64,000 nt of DNA from Acidimicrobiia bacterium (GCA_965215185.1 OZ244034.1:1696001-1760000); one strand, 5' to 3'. Numbered from the stretch's first letter, positions 1-10,099 are shown. Program-made: numbers and translations. Notes: a model not told the origin generated them from the sequence alone.

Positions 1-1
1 C

Positions 2-826
2 GACTCGCTGTGGGACCTGGTGTGGGCGGGGTTGGTCACCAACGACAGTCTCCACCCTCTTCGGGCCCACCTGCACGCCCGGCGATCCCCTACCGGACGT
101 CGCAGGAAAGTGTCGTTTCCCCCCGATACAGCCGGTCGCTGGTCACTGCTGCCCCGCCAACCCGTATCCGCCCCGGTCTCGGACACCGAGCAATACGCCT
201 CGTGGGCCGCCCAGCTATTGGAGCGACACGGAATCGTAACGCGCTCGGTGGTGGCGTCCGAAGGGCTACGGGGAGGCTTTACCGCTCTTTATCCGGTGTT
301 GAGGCGCATGGAAGAAACCGGGAAGGCTCGCCGCGGCTACTTCACAGAGGGATTGGGAGGCGCCCAATTCGCTTTGGCCGGCGCAGTTGACAGGCTCCGC
401 GAAGAGCCGGAACCGGCACTGGTGATATTGGCCGCAACGGATCCGGCTAATCCCTACGGGGCGGCGCTTTCCTGGCCCAAACTCCCCGAGGTCCGATTTG
501 CCAGGGCGGCAGGGTGTCATGTGGCTCTATGGGGCGGGAGACTGGCGGCCTTCTTGAACCATCATCGGCTGGCTGTGCTGGAATCAAGCGGCATTCCCCA
601 GGAAACGCTGGCTGATGGACTGGCCACCCTGGCCGGTCGCAGTCGCAGGTTTCGGATCAACCGGATCAACCAGATGCCGGCCTCCGAGCACCCCCTGGCC
701 GACGCTCTGACCAACCGGGGGTTCGTGATCAGCCTGACCGGCTTGGCTTTTCCCCCCTCCCTACGACGCTACCGGGCAGTCGTTTCGGAGGGATCCGGGC
801 AGGGTCGAGACTCCGGCCAAGCGTAG
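2..826 (+). CDS. lhr: Lhr-family ATP-dependent helicase, C-terminal part (5' end outside window)
   Basis: Frame open from base 2 (DSLWDLVWAGLVTND); LLERHGIVTR, GGF..LYPVL, RRGYFTEGLGGAQFA and LAATDPANPYG are typical of the Lhr C-terminal region. Confidence 0.88.
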   Translation, partial: DSLWDLVWAGLVTNDSLHPLRAHLHARRSPTGRRRKVSFPPDTAGRWSLLPRQPVSAPVSDTEQYASWAAQLLERHGIVTRSVVASEGLRGGFTALYPVLRRMEETGKARRGYFTEGLGGAQFALAGAVDRLREEPEPALVILAATDPANPYGAALSWPKLPEVRFARAAGCHVALWGGRLAAFLNHHRLAVLESSGIPQETLADGLATLAGRSRRFRINRINQMPASEHPLADALTNRGFVISLTGLAFPPSLRRYRAVVSEGSGQGRDSGQA

Positions 827-1584
827 AACACCCAGCAGGTAGGTTCCGGGATAGGTACGGACAAGCACATGGCCTCGAACCGATACCCGGCTTCGGTCAG
901 GCCGGCAAGTATCACCCCCAAAGCGGCGACGGTCCGATCCCGGGGTCCGCCCCCATCATGGAGAAGCACAACCGACCCCGGCGTCACCCCTCGCAGCACC
1001 CTTCTTGCGATTCCGTCTGAAGAGATATCGGTCCAGTCAATCCCGCTCACATCCCACATCACAATATCCAGATCTATCTCTGCCGCCCATTGCCGCATTG
1101 TGGAATTGACCGCGGCATAAGGAGGTCTCATGCAGGTGGCCCGCATTCTGACTGTGTCCCGCAGGACGTCCTGCGTCCGATCGGTGTCGACCGTTAACTG
1201 TTTGAGGTTGAATTTGGTGAGATTGTCATGACCCCAAGAGTGCATCTGAAGCGAGTGTCCCTCGGAAGCGATACGCCGGGCGACCTCCGGCCATCTGCTC
1301 ACCATACTCCCCACCACAAAGAAGGTGGCTTGCACACCATAGGCAGCCAAAACATCCAGCACCTGAGGCGTGTAAACCGGATGGGGACCGTCATCAAAGG
1401 TGATATACACCACCGGCGCCGGGTCTGTTTGAGATCCGGCCTGCCCCACTTGGGCACTGTGATGGGACGCAAGCGCCCGGTCCGGAGGGGAGGCGGCGGC
1501 CACGCCCGACCACAGCATTCCCAAACCCAGCAAACCGGCCAAAAAGGCGGTTCCAACCGCCGGGATGCCCCTCAATCGGATCAC
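769..1584 (-). CDS. Secreted polysaccharide deacetylase (CE4/NodB)
   Basis: Signal peptide; TFDDGP, HSWGH, RPPY, DW and LLHD motifs. Confidence 0.92.
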   Translation of the reverse strand: MIRLRGIPAVGTAFLAGLLGLGMLWSGVAAASPPDRALASHHSAQVGQAGSQTDPAPVVYITFDDGPHPVYTPQVLDVLAAYGVQATFFVVGSMVSRWPEVARRIASEGHSLQMHSWGHDNLTKFNLKQLTVDTDRTQDVLRDTVRMRATCMRPPYAAVNSTMRQWAAEIDLDIVMWDVSGIDWTDISSDGIARRVLRGVTPGSVVLLHDGGGPRDRTVAALGVILAGLTEAGYRFEAMCLSVPIPEPTCWVFYAWPESRPCPDPSETTAR

Positions 1585-1773
1585 TACAGTGCCAATGCTA
1601 TACCCCCATTGGTAAGCCTCTGAAGAGCTATAACCTGGGCTCTCGGAGCGAGGACATCCACCTCAACCCTGGTGGATTTGCTGAGCACCCTCATCTGCCG
1701 GCCGTGCTCCATGATCGCCGCCTTCTCCCCGGAGACAGGCCCGACCGTCACAGTGACTGCGATCAACTCTCGT

Positions 1774-4341
1774 TCAGTTGATCCCCAACTCCTCCGGAAC
1801 AATCAGTACTTCCCTGGCCTTCGACCCCTGAGATGGTCCCACCACTCCGCGCCGCTCCAGAATGTCCATTAGTCTGCCTGCTCGGGCAAACCCCACGCGC
1901 AGCTTTCTTTGCAGCATCGAAGTAGAACCAAGTTGTGACCGTACCACCAACTCCATGGCGCGCTTGATCAACTCCTCATCATCATTGTCCTCAGGAGAAG
2001 TTTGAGTTGACCGTGCGGTCAAGGCATTGTCCAATACCTGGTCCAGCCGTTTATCGGGTTGACGCTGTTTGTTGATCCAGGAAACCACCGCGGCTATCTC
2101 CGATTCCTCCACCCACGCTCCCTGCACCCGCTGGGGCCGTGGGTGGCGAGCGGTCACCACCAACATGTCTCCCCGCCCCACCAGCTTCTCCGCTCCCACC
2201 GAATCTAGGATCACCCGGCTGTCGGTCTGGGAGGTCACGCTGAACGCCAGCCGGGAGGGGACATTGGCCTTGATGACCCCTGTGATGACATTTACCGATG
2301 GGCGCTGAGTGGCCAGCACCAGATGAATCCCCACTGCCCGGGCCATTTGAGCGATCCGCACGATGGCCATCTCCACCTCCCGCCCGGACACCATCATCAA
2401 GTCATTGAGTTCGTCCACCACCACTACCAGATAGGGGAAGCGATCGAATTTTTTCGGATCGAGCATCCCGTTCTTCCATTTGGCCGCATAGCCCGAGATG
2501 TCTCGTACTTTGGCCTCGGCCAACAGGTCATACCGGCGATCCATTTCCGACACCACCCACTTGAGCGCCTCGGAGGCTTTCTTCGGATCGGTGATCACCC
2601 GGGTCAGCAGATGAGGAACGCCTTGGTATTGCCGCAATTCCACACGTTTGGGGTCCACCAGGATCAATTTGAGATCCTCGGGGCGGGTTCTCATCAGAAG
2701 GGAGGTGATGATCGAATTGATACACGACGACTTGCCGGCGCCGGTAGCCCCGGCAATAAGCACATGGGGAAGCTCTCCCAAATTGAGCAGGGAAGGCTTG
2801 CCGCCAATGTCCATTCCCAGCCCCACCATCAGGGGGTGAGTATCCCTTTTCGCCTGTGGACTGGACAGGATGTCCCCCAGCCTCACCAGGTGACGCCGGA
2901 CATTGGGCACCTCCACGCCGATGGCTGATCGGCCCGGTATGGGAACGATCAGCCGCACGTCCGGTGTGGCCAAGGCATAGGCGATGTCATGGGAGAGCGC
3001 CGATAACTTCTGCACTTTTACTCCCGCCGCCAGTTTGATTTCGAAGCGGGTAATCGAAGGGCCAGTCACCATACCGCTGATCCGGGCATCCACTCCATGA
3101 TCGGCCAGAGCTTGGCGCAGCGCACCAGCCGTCCTCTCCAGGCTGTCCTCATCGCCTCTTACCCTTCCTCCCCTGCTTAATAGTTCGAGTGGGGGATGCT
3201 GGTAGGAAGTGGAATCGACCTTGTCGGAGCCGTGGACCTCTTTTTCCACCGAAGACGGTTTGGCCTTCGAATCGGCCGTTCCACCAACCCGCCCATTCTT
3301 CTCGGGGAGATCAGAGACTCTGGGAGGAGAGTCCTTTACCAATGCGAGACGAGGTCTTTGCGCATTGCCGACCTCCTCCTCCGCCGCCGGGTCTTCCTGC
3401 TCCATTTCCTGATCGGACGCCAACGGCTCCGAGAGTTCCTCCATCTCCATCGGCAGGTCTTCGTCCGCCGCCATTGGGCTTTCCACGTCCGCCACAGGAC
3501 CGGGCACCTGAATCACCGTAGCGATCGGCCAGGGACCCTCAGCAGCCGCCTTTCTTCCCCATCGTGAGCGGGGAGACCGACCGGACCTGCGAACGGATTT
3601 GGCCGGCGGGGCCTGCGAAGGTCGTCGGGAGACAGTTTTGGTTTGCTGGGTTCGGTACGCTTCCCGGCGCCGCCGAGAGGCTTGCCTTGTCAACTTCAAC
3701 AGATCGCCCCAAGCCAATAGGAACTCCTTGAGGGAGGTCTTGGTGACCATCAGGACACTGGTGGTCACACCTATCACCAAGATCACAAAGGTCGCCGCTG
3801 TGCCCATCGCTCGATGCAGGGGGAAGGCAATCAGGGCGCCCACCACCCCCCCACGGTCCCGGACGGCCTCGGCGCCGCTGGCCAGGGGCGGGGCGCCGGT
3901 CAGTAGATGGAAAAGGCCCAGAGTTGAAACGAAGAACACCGCCACGCTGAAAAAGAGCCGCCGTTTGCTCACGGCCGGCTTGCCCAGAACCAATACCAAA
4001 CCCATGCCCAGGAGAGCGAGAGGGCCGAGGGGCGACCACTGGCCCAACATGTAGGAAAGCGCTTCCTTTATCGCTCCTCCCAATTCGCCACCCGCACCAA
4101 CCAAGAAGAGGGTGGAGAAAAGCGAAAGCAACAACAGCACCCCTCCCCACACCTCGGACGATAGGTTGCCCATCCGAGACTGGGCGGCCGACCACAAACG
4201 GACACGCCAAGGCAATTTTGGCTTCGAAGGTTTCGCCGGTCGCTGGGGAGCCGATTTTCCCCTGACCGATTTCTTGGTTTTTTGAAGGGACTCCCGCCGC
4301 CGCCCGCTTTTCCTACGACGGGTGGGTGTCCGTGTTGTCAC
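1774..4341 (-). CDS. ftsK: DNA translocase FtsK
   Basis: N-terminal TM helices, linker, GATGAGKS Walker A, VVDELNDLM, ATQRPS, gamma domain LQRKLRVGFARAGRLMD. Confidence 0.97.
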   Translation of the reverse strand: MTTRTPTRRRKSGRRRESLQKTKKSVRGKSAPQRPAKPSKPKLPWRVRLWSAAQSRMGNLSSEVWGGVLLLLSLFSTLFLVGAGGELGGAIKEALSYMLGQWSPLGPLALLGMGLVLVLGKPAVSKRRLFFSVAVFFVSTLGLFHLLTGAPPLASGAEAVRDRGGVVGALIAFPLHRAMGTAATFVILVIGVTTSVLMVTKTSLKEFLLAWGDLLKLTRQASRRRREAYRTQQTKTVSRRPSQAPPAKSVRRSGRSPRSRWGRKAAAEGPWPIATVIQVPGPVADVESPMAADEDLPMEMEELSEPLASDQEMEQEDPAAEEEVGNAQRPRLALVKDSPPRVSDLPEKNGRVGGTADSKAKPSSVEKEVHGSDKVDSTSYQHPPLELLSRGGRVRGDEDSLERTAGALRQALADHGVDARISGMVTGPSITRFEIKLAAGVKVQKLSALSHDIAYALATPDVRLIVPIPGRSAIGVEVPNVRRHLVRLGDILSSPQAKRDTHPLMVGLGMDIGGKPSLLNLGELPHVLIAGATGAGKSSCINSIITSLLMRTRPEDLKLILVDPKRVELRQYQGVPHLLTRVITDPKKASEALKWVVSEMDRRYDLLAEAKVRDISGYAAKWKNGMLDPKKFDRFPYLVVVVDELNDLMMVSGREVEMAIVRIAQMARAVGIHLVLATQRPSVNVITGVIKANVPSRLAFSVTSQTDSRVILDSVGAEKLVGRGDMLVVTARHPRPQRVQGAWVEESEIAAVVSWINKQRQPDKRLDQVLDNALTARSTQTSPEDNDDEELIKRAMELVVRSQLGSTSMLQRKLRVGFARAGRLMDILERRGVVGPSQGSKAREVLIVPEELGIN

Positions 4342-4346
4342 GTTCT

Positions 4347-4352
4347 AATCTA
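4347..4352 (-). promoter_or_regulatory. Putative -10 box (TAGATT) of a leaderless ftsK transcript
   Basis: TANNNT 5 nt upstream of the GTG start; no SD. Confidence 0.45.
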
Positions 4353-4424
4353 TTTTAGATGAGGTCCCCGCCTCACCGGCGGTTTTGGCCTGGGGAATGG
4401 TTTGCTCCGGTGTTGCGAGGCCGT

Positions 4425-5153
4425 TCAGGACGCCGAGTTTGCGAAGGGAAGCAGGCCCTGGGGGTCAGGACGTCGGTAACGGGGGACACCCGTCCACACC
4501 AATCCATCCATGAATACCCAGGACCGGCGGTGGATAACGCTTGGGCCGCAGGCGTGAAGAGCCGCCTTGTGGACCGGGCATGGATACCCTTTGTTGTCTT
4601 CGAAGTTGTAGGCGGGAAAGCGGGGGGACTCGTTCATCATGATGCGGTCTCGGGTCACTTTGGCCAGTATGGAGGCAGCCGCGATGGACAGTGATGTCCG
4701 ATCACCTCCCACCAGCGTTCGAGTATGGGGGTGACCCACGAAATCCCAACTGCCGTCCACCAACACTCCATCGACCGGAAATGGGAGGCCGGCCAGCGCC
4801 CGGCCAGCCGCCACACGTTGCGCCTCCGACATCCCCAACCGGTCACATTCGGCGGCGCTGGCATGTCCTACCGACCACGCTACACACCAGTGGGCGATGC
4901 GGTCGAACAGGGCCTCCCGCTCCTGGGGTCGCAACAGCTTTGAGTCCCTGATCTTGTACACCCTCCGGTCCTGAGGCACCACCGCTGCTCCCACCGTGAT
5001 CGGACCGGCCCATGCTCCTCTACCCACCTCGTCCATCCCCACCACGATCCGCCGACCGGTCTTCCACATTTCCCGTTCGACCTTCAACCCAGGAGGATGG
5101 GAAACAATGGATTTCCGTAGCCGGGGAACGGTGGTCACCACCCTGCCCAGCAT
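4425..5153 (-). CDS. rnhB: Ribonuclease HII
   Basis: GMDEVGRG, DSK, LVDG, SIAAASILAKVTRD, NKGY. Confidence 0.96.
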   Translation of the reverse strand: MLGRVVTTVPRLRKSIVSHPPGLKVEREMWKTGRRIVVGMDEVGRGAWAGPITVGAAVVPQDRRVYKIRDSKLLRPQEREALFDRIAHWCVAWSVGHASAAECDRLGMSEAQRVAAGRALAGLPFPVDGVLVDGSWDFVGHPHTRTLVGGDRTSLSIAAASILAKVTRDRIMMNESPRFPAYNFEDNKGYPCPVHKAALHACGPSVIHRRSWVFMDGLVWTGVPRYRRPDPQGLLPFANSAS

Positions 5154-5512
5154 AGGCGTTCAGAACCCTCCATCAGGTCCTTGCCAGCCCCATTGTGGCG
5201 CATTGCAACCCTCCGATTCTTGTGGGTGTGAAAGAACAGACTCATCGCTTTTGAAGTAACGGGATGCCGGACCCATCAAACGTCCCACCCCGACTGCGAC
5301 GCTGTCCACAGCAAACATCGATACCGATGGTCCGGGCGGTGCCGATCATCACCGAACATGGCTTCCCGGAGGACTCCAAGGACCCCGCCTGCACCTGATT
5401 CGGGGAACGGAACGGCGCCGGCGGGTCGGGATTGGGAAACCCAGTAAATGGTTGTTGCGGGTAGAGATCGCCAAAAAAATGTCACCGTCCTGTCCACACG
5501 GAAGCGGGGCCT

Positions 5513-6049
5513 TTAGTTGAGTTGGGGATCAATCGGCATGGTGGCCAGCAGGGAAATCTTTCCACCTTGGCGGCCCAGCACCTCGGCCCACAGCCCGCCG
5601 GGCGAGGCTGAGAAGACATCTCTGGCAAATGCCGGCACACTTATCCAGGATTCGTCCTCCATCTCATCCTCCAACTGGCCTGGTCCCCAACCCGAATAGC
5701 CGGCAAAGACACGGAGGCGGCCTGGTATCGAATCTGGCGCACCCTCACCCAGGTTGACCATGCCCAATCCCGGAACTGAAGTTGTGTCCACCCCGGAATC
5801 GCCAGTCTCGCGCAGCCCAATCGCCACCTGCTGCTCCACCGGTCCGCCTTGAAAGACCACCGGTGGAGAGGCCAACCTATCCGTCCACTCGGGAAGATGA
5901 TCCACCACCATCTCCTCGGTGGGGCGATTGATGACCAAACCCATCGCCCCATGCTCGTCATGGTTCAATAGCACCAGCACCGTGCGGACAAAATTGGGGT
6001 CGATCAACCGGGGTGACGCAACCAAAAGGTATCCCGCCAGGTATGTCAT
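5513..6049 (-). CDS. YqgE/AlgH family protein (DUF179)
   Basis: DPNFVRTV, GLVINRP, GGPV, GYSGWGPGQLEDE. Confidence 0.94.
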   Translation of the reverse strand: MTYLAGYLLVASPRLIDPNFVRTVLVLLNHDEHGAMGLVINRPTEEMVVDHLPEWTDRLASPPVVFQGGPVEQQVAIGLRETGDSGVDTTSVPGLGMVNLGEGAPDSIPGRLRVFAGYSGWGPGQLEDEMEDESWISVPAFARDVFSASPGGLWAEVLGRQGGKISLLATMPIDPQLN

Positions 6050-6090
6050 GCTCCTAATGTTGGCGGGAACCCTTTTCCAACCAAATTCAA

Positions 6091-7149
6091 ATGCTGCGTC
6101 ATCTTCCCAAAGTCATCCTACATGAGCATCTCGACGGAAGTTTGCGACCCCACACCCTCCACCAGTTGGCACTGACCGCCGGGCGCCGCTTACCGGTGGA
6201 GGACCCCGACCAACTGGGAGACTGGTTCCACCAATCAGGCGCTCACAGTCTGGAGAGATACCTCCAGGCCTTCGCTCACACGGTGGGAGTCATGCAGACC
6301 CGAACCGCCCTGCGACGGGTGGCCGCCGAGGCAGTGGAGGATCTGTCCTTTCATGGCGTGGTCTACGCCGAGATCAGGTTTGCTCCCCACCTTCACATCC
6401 ATGAGGGTCTCAGCCCCGTCCAAGTTGTTGAGGCGGTGGCCGAAGGACTGACGGCCGGCGCCCGGAGCACCGGTATGCAATGGTCTTTGATTCTCTGCTC
6501 CCTCCGTCACACCTCCACCTCTTTGGAGACGGCTCGGCTGGCCGCCAGTACCGCCCGATTGGGAGTGATGGGCTTCGATCTGGCCGGTCCCGAGGCCGGC
6601 TACCCGGCTGTCGAACACCTGCCGGCCATCGAAGCAGCGCTGAACTCGGGCCTCCGGGTGACCCTCCACGCCGGGGAAGCGGCCGGGGTGGGCAGCATCC
6701 GGGATGCCTTGGTGTGTGGGGCAGAACGGATTGGACACGGAGTGGAGGTGATCGAGGACTGCCGCATCACCTCTGGTGAGATTCGGAACATGGGACCGGT
6801 CGCAACCGAGGTGTATGAACGGCAAGTGCCGCTGGAGGTTTGCATCAAGTCGAACCTGGACACCAAAGGATGGAAGGCGGATCGCCATCCGGTGGGAATG
6901 CTCCATCGGGCCGGATTCGCGGTGACTCTCAACACCGACAATCGATTGATGAGCAGCACCTCTCCCACCGCAGAATTCTCACTGGCGGTTAACCACCAAG
7001 GTTTTGGGATCAACGACTTGGCCACGGTCACCCGTCGCGCCCTGGAAGGGGCTTTCTGCGATGAGCGCCACAAAGGCTACCTCTGGGAACGGCGGATCGC
7101 CCCCGCCTACCGGGCCGCTGGCGCCACTGTCACCCCTTGGAGTTCTTAG
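6091..7149 (+). CDS. add: Adenosine deaminase
   Basis: HEHLDGS, YAEIRFAP, DLAGPE, HAGE, RIGHG, NTDN. Confidence 0.93.
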   Translation: MLRHLPKVILHEHLDGSLRPHTLHQLALTAGRRLPVEDPDQLGDWFHQSGAHSLERYLQAFAHTVGVMQTRTALRRVAAEAVEDLSFHGVVYAEIRFAPHLHIHEGLSPVQVVEAVAEGLTAGARSTGMQWSLILCSLRHTSTSLETARLAASTARLGVMGFDLAGPEAGYPAVEHLPAIEAALNSGLRVTLHAGEAAGVGSIRDALVCGAERIGHGVEVIEDCRITSGEIRNMGPVATEVYERQVPLEVCIKSNLDTKGWKADRHPVGMLHRAGFAVTLNTDNRLMSSTSPTAEFSLAVNHQGFGINDLATVTRRALEGAFCDERHKGYLWERRIAPAYRAAGATVTPWSS

Positions 7150-7153
7150 CAGT

Positions 7154-7825
7154 TCACAGATCGGTGGAACTCCACACTCTTTCGCTGGCGGTTAATGACG
7201 TGGGGGCCGCTCCCCTGACCGCCTGTTGCACCGCCTCCACCACAGCGTCCAAGCGGGGCTTGGACTGCCACCAACCCACCTCGCAGAGCAACAGACCCGG
7301 CCACCCGTCGACCGACCGCCTGGGAACTACCAATTCCTCCGCCACGTCCAACAGAAGAGCGGGCGCCATCGGCAGGAGAATCGGGAAACGTCGGCCACAC
7401 CGGACGGAGGGAACCTGGACTCCCCGGATTTGGCGGATCCGGCGAACCAGATAGTCGGCGCCTCGCTCACAGCGCCGGGCAGCTTCCGCCAGGGACGGAC
7501 CGGACGGGAGCAGCACAGGGGAGGTCGTCCGATGTACCCGGGGGGCGTCCCGGTACGGTGAGCGGTGGGCGCACAGGGGGTCGGACCACCACCACACCTG
7601 CCCCCATTGCCCTCCGGGCGGGAGTCGTTCGTAGGCGCCCAATCGGTTGGGACAGGCCACCAACACCGTCACCTCTCGGGGAGGCGGCTCGCCCCAGACA
7701 GTTACTCCGCCCACCAACGGCAGACGCCGCAATCGCCCCTGTGAGACAAAAGAGAACCGCTCGGGGACATCGGAGGGGACTCCATCGGAGACCCATACCT
7801 CGGGTTGGCGGGACACTGACGACAC
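7154..7825 (-). CDS. Shortened glycine decarboxylase P-protein subunit 1 (GcvPA)-like protein, ~223 aa
   Basis: Immediately downstream of gcvT (GTG at 7825). Blocks VWVSDGV, LPLVGGVT, VLVACPNRLG, DPL, AARRCERGADYL and LLCEVGWWQSKPRLDAVVEAV align by eye, in order, to GcvPA. Confidence 0.62.
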   Translation of the reverse strand: MSSVSRQPEVWVSDGVPSDVPERFSFVSQGRLRRLPLVGGVTVWGEPPPREVTVLVACPNRLGAYERLPPGGQWGQVWWWSDPLCAHRSPYRDAPRVHRTTSPVLLPSGPSLAEAARRCERGADYLVRRIRQIRGVQVPSVRCGRRFPILLPMAPALLLDVAEELVVPRRSVDGWPGLLLCEVGWWQSKPRLDAVVEAVQQAVRGAAPTSLTASERVWSSTDL

Positions 7826-7832
7826 CCGGAAC

Positions 7833-8882
7833 TCAGTCTGGGCGGTAAAACGCCCTTTCCACCACCTGGGTCGCGACCCAGCGACCGCGAATCTCAACCT
7901 CCACCGGCTGGGAGGCGTCCCAAGGGGTGGAAAGGTACCCCATTGCGATCCCCACCCCCAACATGGGGCTGAAATTGCCACTGGTGACCGCGCCCGTGGA
8001 ACCCTCCGATCTGAGGGCATACCCCTCTCTGGGTATACGGCGGTCACCCATCCGAAAGCAAACGCGTCGCTTGGCAAGGCCTTCTCTTCGCGAACGTTCC
8101 AAGGCGGCGCTGCCCACGAAGTCGCGGTTGAATCTAACCGCCCAGTCCAATCCCGCCTCCAAAGGAGTGGTCTGCTCATCCAAATCGTGACCCCACAACG
8201 GCAACCCGGCCTCCAGTCGGAGAAGGTCACGGGACCCCAAACCGCAGGGCACCGCCCCGTCGTCGGTCAACTGGCGCGCCAAGGCCTCCCCGGTTTGCGG
8301 GTCGGTCACCAACTCCACACCCCGCTCTCCGGTGTAGCCGGTTCCCGCCACCCACACCTCCCGGCCCTGGTAGACCGCGTTCATTACCCGGAAATGGCCG
8401 GGAATGTCTCCCAGTAGAGCCTTCACACGCGACCGGGATTCGGGTCCCTGCACCGCCAGACTGACGGTACCGGGACGCAGATCCAATAGTTTGGCGCGTG
8501 GTTCGGCGGTCCGGAACACTTCCATGACCCGCAGATGATTCACCCCGTTGGGCATGACCATCACTTCTTCGGGCGTCCGCTTCCAAATGATCAAGTCATC
8601 GATGACCCCACCCCGGGAATTGAGGATCAGGGTGTATTGGGCCCGTCCGGGACCGATCCGTTCATGATCGTTGCACAGCAGCTTCGACAGGGCGGAGTCC
8701 CATCCTTCTCCGCTCCAGGAAAAGCGCCCCAGGTGGGAGACGTCAAACCAACCGGTCGACTCCCTAACCGCCCGATGTTCTTTCAGAACCGACGTGTAAG
8801 AAAGGGGCATCTCCCAGCCCCCGAAATCCACAAACCGAGCGCCCAGTTCCTGGTGGAGTTGGTGCATAGGAGAACGTGGCAT
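7833..8882 (-). CDS. gcvT: Glycine cleavage system aminomethyltransferase T
   Basis: FGGWEMP, FDVSHLG, GGVIDDLI, TGYTGE, RLEAGLPLWG, TSGNFSP. Confidence 0.96.
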   Translation of the reverse strand: MPRSPMHQLHQELGARFVDFGGWEMPLSYTSVLKEHRAVRESTGWFDVSHLGRFSWSGEGWDSALSKLLCNDHERIGPGRAQYTLILNSRGGVIDDLIIWKRTPEEVMVMPNGVNHLRVMEVFRTAEPRAKLLDLRPGTVSLAVQGPESRSRVKALLGDIPGHFRVMNAVYQGREVWVAGTGYTGERGVELVTDPQTGEALARQLTDDGAVPCGLGSRDLLRLEAGLPLWGHDLDEQTTPLEAGLDWAVRFNRDFVGSAALERSRREGLAKRRVCFRMGDRRIPREGYALRSEGSTGAVTSGNFSPMLGVGIAMGYLSTPWDASQPVEVEIRGRWVATQVVERAFYRPD

Positions 8883-8959
8883 GTTCTACTCAGCAGATCT
8901 CAATACGGGTTCGCAAACGGTGACGCCCAACGGACGATATCACCCCACCGGGCGGGTGG

Positions 8960-9445
8960 TCAGACAATCCCCGCCTGCGCGGTGGGAAGACGGTAACCCT
9001 CATCAATCGCGAATGTCCGGGCCAATCGATGAACTTCCCCCGTGATCTCCTCCACCAGCGGACCCAACACCACTCCCATCACAGCCTGACCCTTCTGAAG
9101 AAGATCGATGACTTCCTGGGGATTCTTCAGGGCATAGATCGAGGACCCGTTCGAGACCAGGGTGACCTCCCCGTCCGCCCAATTCCAAGAACTGTTTTTA
9201 AGTGACAACTCCGCAAAAGCCATCCTGATCCGCTTGAGATCCATCCCGGCGTCGAGCAGCCTCTTGATCACCTTGAGTTGCACCAGGTCGACGAAAGAAT
9301 AGAGACGCTGGGTTCCCGATCCCTTGGCTTGCTGAAGGGATGGCACCATGAATCCGGTACGGGCCCAATAATCCAACTGTCGATAGGTGATACCCACCAT
9401 GCGACACACCTGGGGACCACGAAAGCCCTTTTCGACTTCGTTCAC
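8960..9445 (-). CDS. MerR family transcriptional regulator
   Basis: GITYRQLDYWAR, GSGTQRLYSF; SD AAGGAG upstream of GTG. Confidence 0.93.
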   Translation of the reverse strand: MNEVEKGFRGPQVCRMVGITYRQLDYWARTGFMVPSLQQAKGSGTQRLYSFVDLVQLKVIKRLLDAGMDLKRIRMAFAELSLKNSSWNWADGEVTLVSNGSSIYALKNPQEVIDLLQKGQAVMGVVLGPLVEEITGEVHRLARTFAIDEGYRLPTAQAGIV

Positions 9446-9539
9446 CTGGTTACTCCTTTGTGATTACAGATTGGTGATTCCACCCAATCGTAACCATAGC
9501 ACCTGTTCCCTCCGCCTCCAACGCTCTCTGGGTGTCAGG

Positions 9540-10088
9540 CTAGGAGTTTGTTTCAGGAGAGGTCGGACCGGGCTGCGGATCGTCGGGACCCGGGGGACTC
9601 CCGGAGGAAAAGTCCTCCGGACTCACAGCTTCCAAGAATCGGCGGAACTCCTCGATCTGCTGCTCGGGTTCCTCAACGGATTTAATCATCACTCCGGCTT
9701 CGTCCAACACATCCCGAGAGGCATACATCGGCGCCTCGGTTCTAACCGCCAAGGCGATGGCGTCCGACGGTCGGCAGGAAACCGTCACCTCTCCCCCATT
9801 GATCAACAGCACCAACTCTGCGTAGAACACGTTGTCGCGAACTTCGGTGACCACCGCACGACCAACCTCGGCGCCCAGAGACTCCACCGCCATTCGCAGC
9901 AGGTCGTGAGTGAGCGGCCGGGGCGGGATCATTTCTTCCAGCGCCGCCACGATCGCAGTGGCTTCCACCGCCCCTATCCAGATGGGAAGGTAGCGATCCC
10001 CCTCAGCTTCTCTCAGCAACACCACCGGAGCGGCGGAGGAAAACCCTACCTGCACACCGTCAATGGCCATGGGAATCTTTTCCGTCAT
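9540..10088 (-). CDS. Bifunctional nuclease family protein (DUF151)
   Basis: LPIWIG..EA, RPLTHDL, RPSDAIALA. Confidence 0.95.
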   Translation of the reverse strand: MTEKIPMAIDGVQVGFSSAAPVVLLREAEGDRYLPIWIGAVEATAIVAALEEMIPPRPLTHDLLRMAVESLGAEVGRAVVTEVRDNVFYAELVLLINGGEVTVSCRPSDAIALAVRTEAPMYASRDVLDEAGVMIKSVEEPEQQIEEFRRFLEAVSPEDFSSGSPPGPDDPQPGPTSPETNS

Positions 10089-10099
10089 GGTCTGCGATA

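Noticed and set aside
1584-1802. 72-aa ORF between ftsK and the deacetylase
   Set aside because: No motif or clear RBS; more likely promoter region
7826-8230. N-terminal 135 codons of the 7154-8230 ORF
   Set aside because: Overlaps gcvT out of frame; GcvPA similarity begins only after the gcvT stop
8883-8959. Glycine riboswitch upstream of gcvT
   Set aside because: Only 77 bp and no aptamer consensus visible
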